A stretch of DNA of 64,000 nt, taken from the NCBI GenBank assembly GCA_965541585.1, contig CBEUCH010000005.1, forward strand, positions 32,001-96,000, written 5' to 3'. Of this stretch, positions 60,575-64,000 are shown piece by piece; the stretch's first letter is position 1; each line of letters opens with the position of its first letter. A program made the position numbers and the translations under genes. The notes beneath the pieces are model-generated. The model worked only from the letters and a program-made list of their open reading frames with translations. It did not search any database and had not been told where the DNA came from. Source of the stretch: an uncultured bacterium. Lineage in GTDB: Bacteria > Zixibacteria > MSB-5A5 > UBA10806.

Positions 60575-61858
60575 TCAATCGATAAGCACCTTCTCCAGCC
60601 TCTCAACAAGATAATCTATTTCGTTATCGCTTATGATTAACGGCGGCGAAATTCTGATTGTATGGCCATGACTGTCGTTGGCCAGCATCCCCAGATCGAG
60701 CAGTTTGCGGCAGTATGAGATGGCATCGCCGCCTTTCATCTCTATACCTATGAAAAGGCCCCGCCCTCGCACTTCTTTAACATGCGGCGAACGGCCGGCT
60801 ATCTCCATGATCTTCTTTTTCAAAATCTTGCCGTTCTCAGCAGACCTGGCAGGCAGTTTTTCTTCGACGATAACATCCAGAGCAGCGTTGCCTGCCACAC
60901 AGGCGAGTGGATATCCGCCGAACGTCGAGCCGTCGGAGCCGGGCTGGAATGCCATATCCATTAGATTGGAATTGGCAACGAAAACCGACAACGGCAGCAC
61001 TCCCCCTGATATGGCTTTACCCAATACCAGGCCATCCGGGATTATGTTCTCATGCTCGAAACAAAACATCTTGCCTGTACGCCCCAGCCCCACCTGGATC
61101 TCATCGAATACAAGCAGCATATCATGTTTGTCCGCAATCTCCCTCAACCGTTTTAGAAAACCATCCGGCGGGATATACATACCGCCCTCTCCCTGCATCG
61201 GCTCCACCAGGATGCCGCAGGTGTTATTATTAATTGCCTTCTCAACCGCGTCCGAATCGCCGTAATCAACCGTAACGAAACCCGGGGTGAGCGGCCCGAA
61301 ACCGGTTTTATACTTAGGCGTGCTGGAAAACGACACCTCGGTTATCATCCGACCGTGGAAATTGTTCCCGAATACGATTATCTCCTGTTTGCCATCGGGG
61401 ATACCCTTCTCTTTGTACCCGTAGAAACGCATCATCTTGATAGCCGTCTCGACCGACTCCACGCCGCCGTTTTTGGGCAGGACCTTATTGCCGTTCTTAT
61501 CGAAACGAAGCCCCAGCTGAGGCACGAGGGTGGCTACCTTTTTCAAGAAAATGCCCATCGCATCAGTATAAACCATATTGGAAACGACCGAGCCATAGCC
61601 GCCCAGCAAAGCGTCAACAACCGCCCTGACGATCTTCGGATGGTGATGCCCCTGGTTTGCCGCGGAATAAGCAGCCAGGCAATCCAGATACTTTTTATCC
61701 TCGATATCGGTGAGCCAGGCGCCCTCGGCTTTACGAACCACCAGGTTCAGACGGTCGTAGTGGCCCGCCCCGTAAGTCTTGACAAATTCCAGGATCTCAT
61801 TATCGCTGGTCTGTGAGAAACCGCTCATATTTTTATCTTTAACGCTGATCTCAGCCAT
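60575..61858 (-). CDS. rocD: Ornithine aminotransferase (class III PLP)
   Basis: YLDCLAAYSAANQGHHHP, FHGR, EPMQGEGG, DEIQVGLGRTG, LGKAISGG, GSTFGG. Confidence 0.88.
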   Translation of the reverse strand: MAEISVKDKNMSGFSQTSDNEILEFVKTYGAGHYDRLNLVVRKAEGAWLTDIEDKKYLDCLAAYSAANQGHHHPKIVRAVVDALLGGYGSVVSNMVYTDAMGIFLKKVATLVPQLGLRFDKNGNKVLPKNGGVESVETAIKMMRFYGYKEKGIPDGKQEIIVFGNNFHGRMITEVSFSSTPKYKTGFGPLTPGFVTVDYGDSDAVEKAINNNTCGILVEPMQGEGGMYIPPDGFLKRLREIADKHDMLLVFDEIQVGLGRTGKMFCFEHENIIPDGLVLGKAISGGVLPLSVFVANSNLMDMAFQPGSDGSTFGGYPLACVAGNAALDVIVEEKLPARSAENGKILKKKIMEIAGRSPHVKEVRGRGLFIGIEMKGGDAISYCRKLLDLGMLANDSHGHTIRISPPLIISDNEIDYLVERLEKVLID

Positions 61859-62126
61859 GGTCAACTCCTTATTTTAATGCCATTATCTATGATACGTTGT
61901 CTTTTCTGAAAAAGCAAGATGTGAGAGAATAGACTTAAAGCTTTTTCGGGCTGAAAGATGTTCAGCCCCTGTGATTATTACCGTTATTACTATATGGTTG
62001 GTGTACGACCCCGCGCACCAGGCGGATTAATAGATAAGCAACACACAAGTGCGCTCAAACGTTTCATAGCAACTCCCCTTCCTTGCGATTCCTCGTTTGC
62101 GATCCCGTGATCAGGATTTCAGATCA

Positions 62127-62945
62127 TTATGTCGTGCCAATGACGACGTCAACCGATGCACCTTCTGAAATTGTTGAACCGGCGGGTGGCTCCTGTTTGA
62201 TTACTCTGCCGACCTTATCCGGGTCTTTAGTGACTTCATGCTTTACCTTGCCCAGCTTTAGATTGAGCATTTTTAATAATTCATCTGCTTTTGTTTCGGT
62301 CTTATCATTCAATTCAGGTACTATTACTTTGCCCGATGGGATTGTGCGGTCTATTTTGAATAGCTTGTTGACCTTATCATCCAGCCAAATGAAAACCTGC
62401 GGGGAACCGTATCCTGAGAGCGCGCCAATAGCAAAAGCCGCGAAGGCCTGGGTTGAGAGATACCCATTTGCTGTGAAACCCCCTCCTGAAAGAGCAGCAA
62501 TGCCGCCACTGGTGATGGCGTATACAATGGCCGCCAAGATGGCTCCGACCAGAGGCAGGGTTAAGTACTTCCACATAAAGCGCCAGCTGGAAGCCCTTTT
62601 TTCAGGATGCCAGAGGACAAAGGTGCGGATTCCATTCATAACGCCCCCCAAAGCTCCGCCGATAACCGTGAATGCCAATAGCTTTATTAGGGAAGATTCT
62701 TGGAAATCTACGCTCTCCCGGATGATGCAGCTCAGTAATATGTTATTCCCGATGAACATATCAATAAGCTGCCAGCAAAGGAAAACAAGCATGGCAATCA
62801 AATATAATATGCTGACTGTTGCAGAAGCGATATCCAGAAGTCCCTCGGTTTCCAGTTCATAGGCCTTGCCGGTCTGCTCATCTACGGCATACTCACCGGT
62901 CTTTTCTCCCCATAGAAGTTTTGATAGAGGTTTTGAATTTTTCAT
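62127..62945 (-). CDS. 4-TM membrane protein with a C-terminal PASTA domain
   Basis: TM block GGALGG...YLTLPLVGAILA...AIGALSGY; C-terminal VIVPEL...GRVIKQEPPAGS...VDVVI. Confidence 0.8.
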   Translation of the reverse strand: MKNSKPLSKLLWGEKTGEYAVDEQTGKAYELETEGLLDIASATVSILYLIAMLVFLCWQLIDMFIGNNILLSCIIRESVDFQESSLIKLLAFTVIGGALGGVMNGIRTFVLWHPEKRASSWRFMWKYLTLPLVGAILAAIVYAITSGGIAALSGGGFTANGYLSTQAFAAFAIGALSGYGSPQVFIWLDDKVNKLFKIDRTIPSGKVIVPELNDKTETKADELLKMLNLKLGKVKHEVTKDPDKVGRVIKQEPPAGSTISEGASVDVVIGTT

Positions 62946-63076
62946 TTTACGTCCTTTCCGCCTTTTAATTAATCAAAATACGTCTTTTACTTCAAGATCC
63001 CCTGCCTGTCCGAATTTATCTGAACCGATATAATATGGTACCCGGTTCTAGGGCAAACTGATATCAGGAGAAGACT

Positions 63077-63436
63077 CTACTTTGTCGATGCACCCCCATT
63101 GGAAATTGTAAATCCTGCTATCATTGCTGCAGTATCTTCCCCATTTTCAAAAGTCACTACCGAACCATTGTCATTTCCGTAAACAATCGTCTGCGAAATA
63201 TACGTCGTATCCCCTGTAGTCAAAAACAGCGAGCCTGACACTATGTTATGCCCGTTGAAATTGATGTTCTCCACATAGGTCCCCGGCTGAACCAGCACGG
63301 TGTCGCCGTCGTTGGTAGCATCTATTCCCTCTTGAATGGTGGCGTAAACGTCAGGAATGTTTATAATCGTAGCTAAAGCAGACAAAAAGGTCGTGGCAAC
63401 GAAAACCGAGGCAAGAACAATAACAAATCTCATCAT
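63077..63436 (-). pseudogene. Probable truncated N-terminal fragment of an exported beta-helix protein
   Basis: Signal peptide + IINIP..YATIQEGID...GDTVLVQPGTYVENINF...GFTISNG, then a stop at 119 aa. Confidence 0.6.
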
Positions 63437-63548
63437 ATCCTCCCAGCGAGGTATTTATCCTTGATGCAGATCGCAGATGAAAATTACACTTATACAACAT
63501 AGATACAAAATTCCATGTAAATGTCAAGGGGTTTTGAGCAATAAAAAA

Positions 63549-63621
<73 letters not shown>

Positions 63622-63645
63622 GTCTCAGGTCTCTATTTTGGCATC

Positions 63646-63674
63646 AATATATGGGTCATTTAAGCGGCGGTCAA
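63646..63674 (-). promoter_or_regulatory. Sigma70 promoter TTGACC-N17-TATATT for tRNA-Phe
   Basis: Motif 25 nt upstream of the tRNA 5' end. Confidence 0.6.
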
Positions 63675-63679
63675 GATAT

Positions 63680-64000
63680 TCATTCCCGGAAGTAATGAGG
63701 CGGATAGAAAGCATATTCGATAGTGGCACTAACCTCAGAATCGAGGCGATTGATTCTCCTAACCGTCAACACCCCCGTACCATGCTTGGCGTTGACCGCA
63801 ATTTCGATTCCCTCCCTGATCCCGATCGTATCGTCAGTAATTGCCGGATCGCCGCTTCTGGTAAATAATGTCTTTCGCAGCCCTGCACCAAGCCTGCTGG
63901 GTGATGATAACCCCACAACATTGTCTCTTGAATAAAGATAAAGATCGCATCGACGGTCCCTGGCGGGAACCGATATCTCATGGTCGAAGCTGAAACCTCC
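63680..64000 (-). CDS. Hypothetical protein, C-terminal part (5' end outside window)
   Basis: Frame is open from the window edge: GGFSFDHEISVPARDRRCDLYLYSRDNVVGLSSPSRL...YPPHYFRE*. Confidence 0.6.
   Translation of the reverse strand, partial: GGFSFDHEISVPARDRRCDLYLYSRDNVVGLSSPSRLGAGLRKTLFTRSGDPAITDDTIGIREGIEIAVNAKHGTGVLTVRRINRLDSEVSATIEYAFYPPHYFRE

Noticed and set aside
62001..62020. ACCCCGC match to the tRNA-Phe 3' end as an att site
   Set aside because: Only 7 bp; expected by chance.
62083..62862. 259-aa plus-strand ORF
   Set aside because: Antisense shadow of the TM-PASTA gene; no SD or recognisable motif.

Overview
Bacterial chromosomal segment, about 50% GC and gene-dense, with most genes on the minus strand. 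LPS-heptose genes, ExbB/D, many exported TPR/HEAT/beta-helix proteins and the rplM-rpsI-rpsB-tsf order suggest a diderm of the FCB superphylum, possibly Zixibacteria-like; this assignment is inference only. Core content: exbD-exbB-TPR cluster, a YbhG/F/S/R-like ABC exporter, rplM-rpsI-rpsB-tsf-pyrH-frr-uppS-cdsA, pyrR-pyrB-pyrC-yjbQ-mtnA, accB-(pilT/U)-accC-gcvH-gcvPA-(Trx-TPR)-gcvPB-ECF ATPase, hldA/hldC, a GH57 branching enzyme, rpsU-yqeY-cvpA-mutS2-dnaG-sigma70, rsgA, an NtrC-family regulator, exonuclease-DinG, a squalene-synthase-like enzyme, an IPTL-CTERM sugar dehydrogenase, rocD and tRNA-Phe(GAA). I saw no CRISPR array, integrase, transposase or phage gene. Most notable observations: (1) an AT-rich lipoprotein gene bracketed by two 37-bp palindromic direct repeats, like a cassette; (2) an inverted pair of hairpin elements with conserved base and bulge but different upper stems; (3) an exported four-repeat protein behind a TGAAAC-N16-CGTA ECF promoter; (4) an operon of an exported GxGxLxDxxGxDxY-repeat protein, an exported HEAT protein and an RNase H-like nuclease; (5) a diverged sigma70 in the rpoD position; (6) a leader ORF running through a terminator upstream of pyrR; (7) a doubly broken ybjQ pseudogene; (8) a decaying islet at the tRNA-Phe 3' end. 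All calls come from reading motifs by eye; no database search was run.
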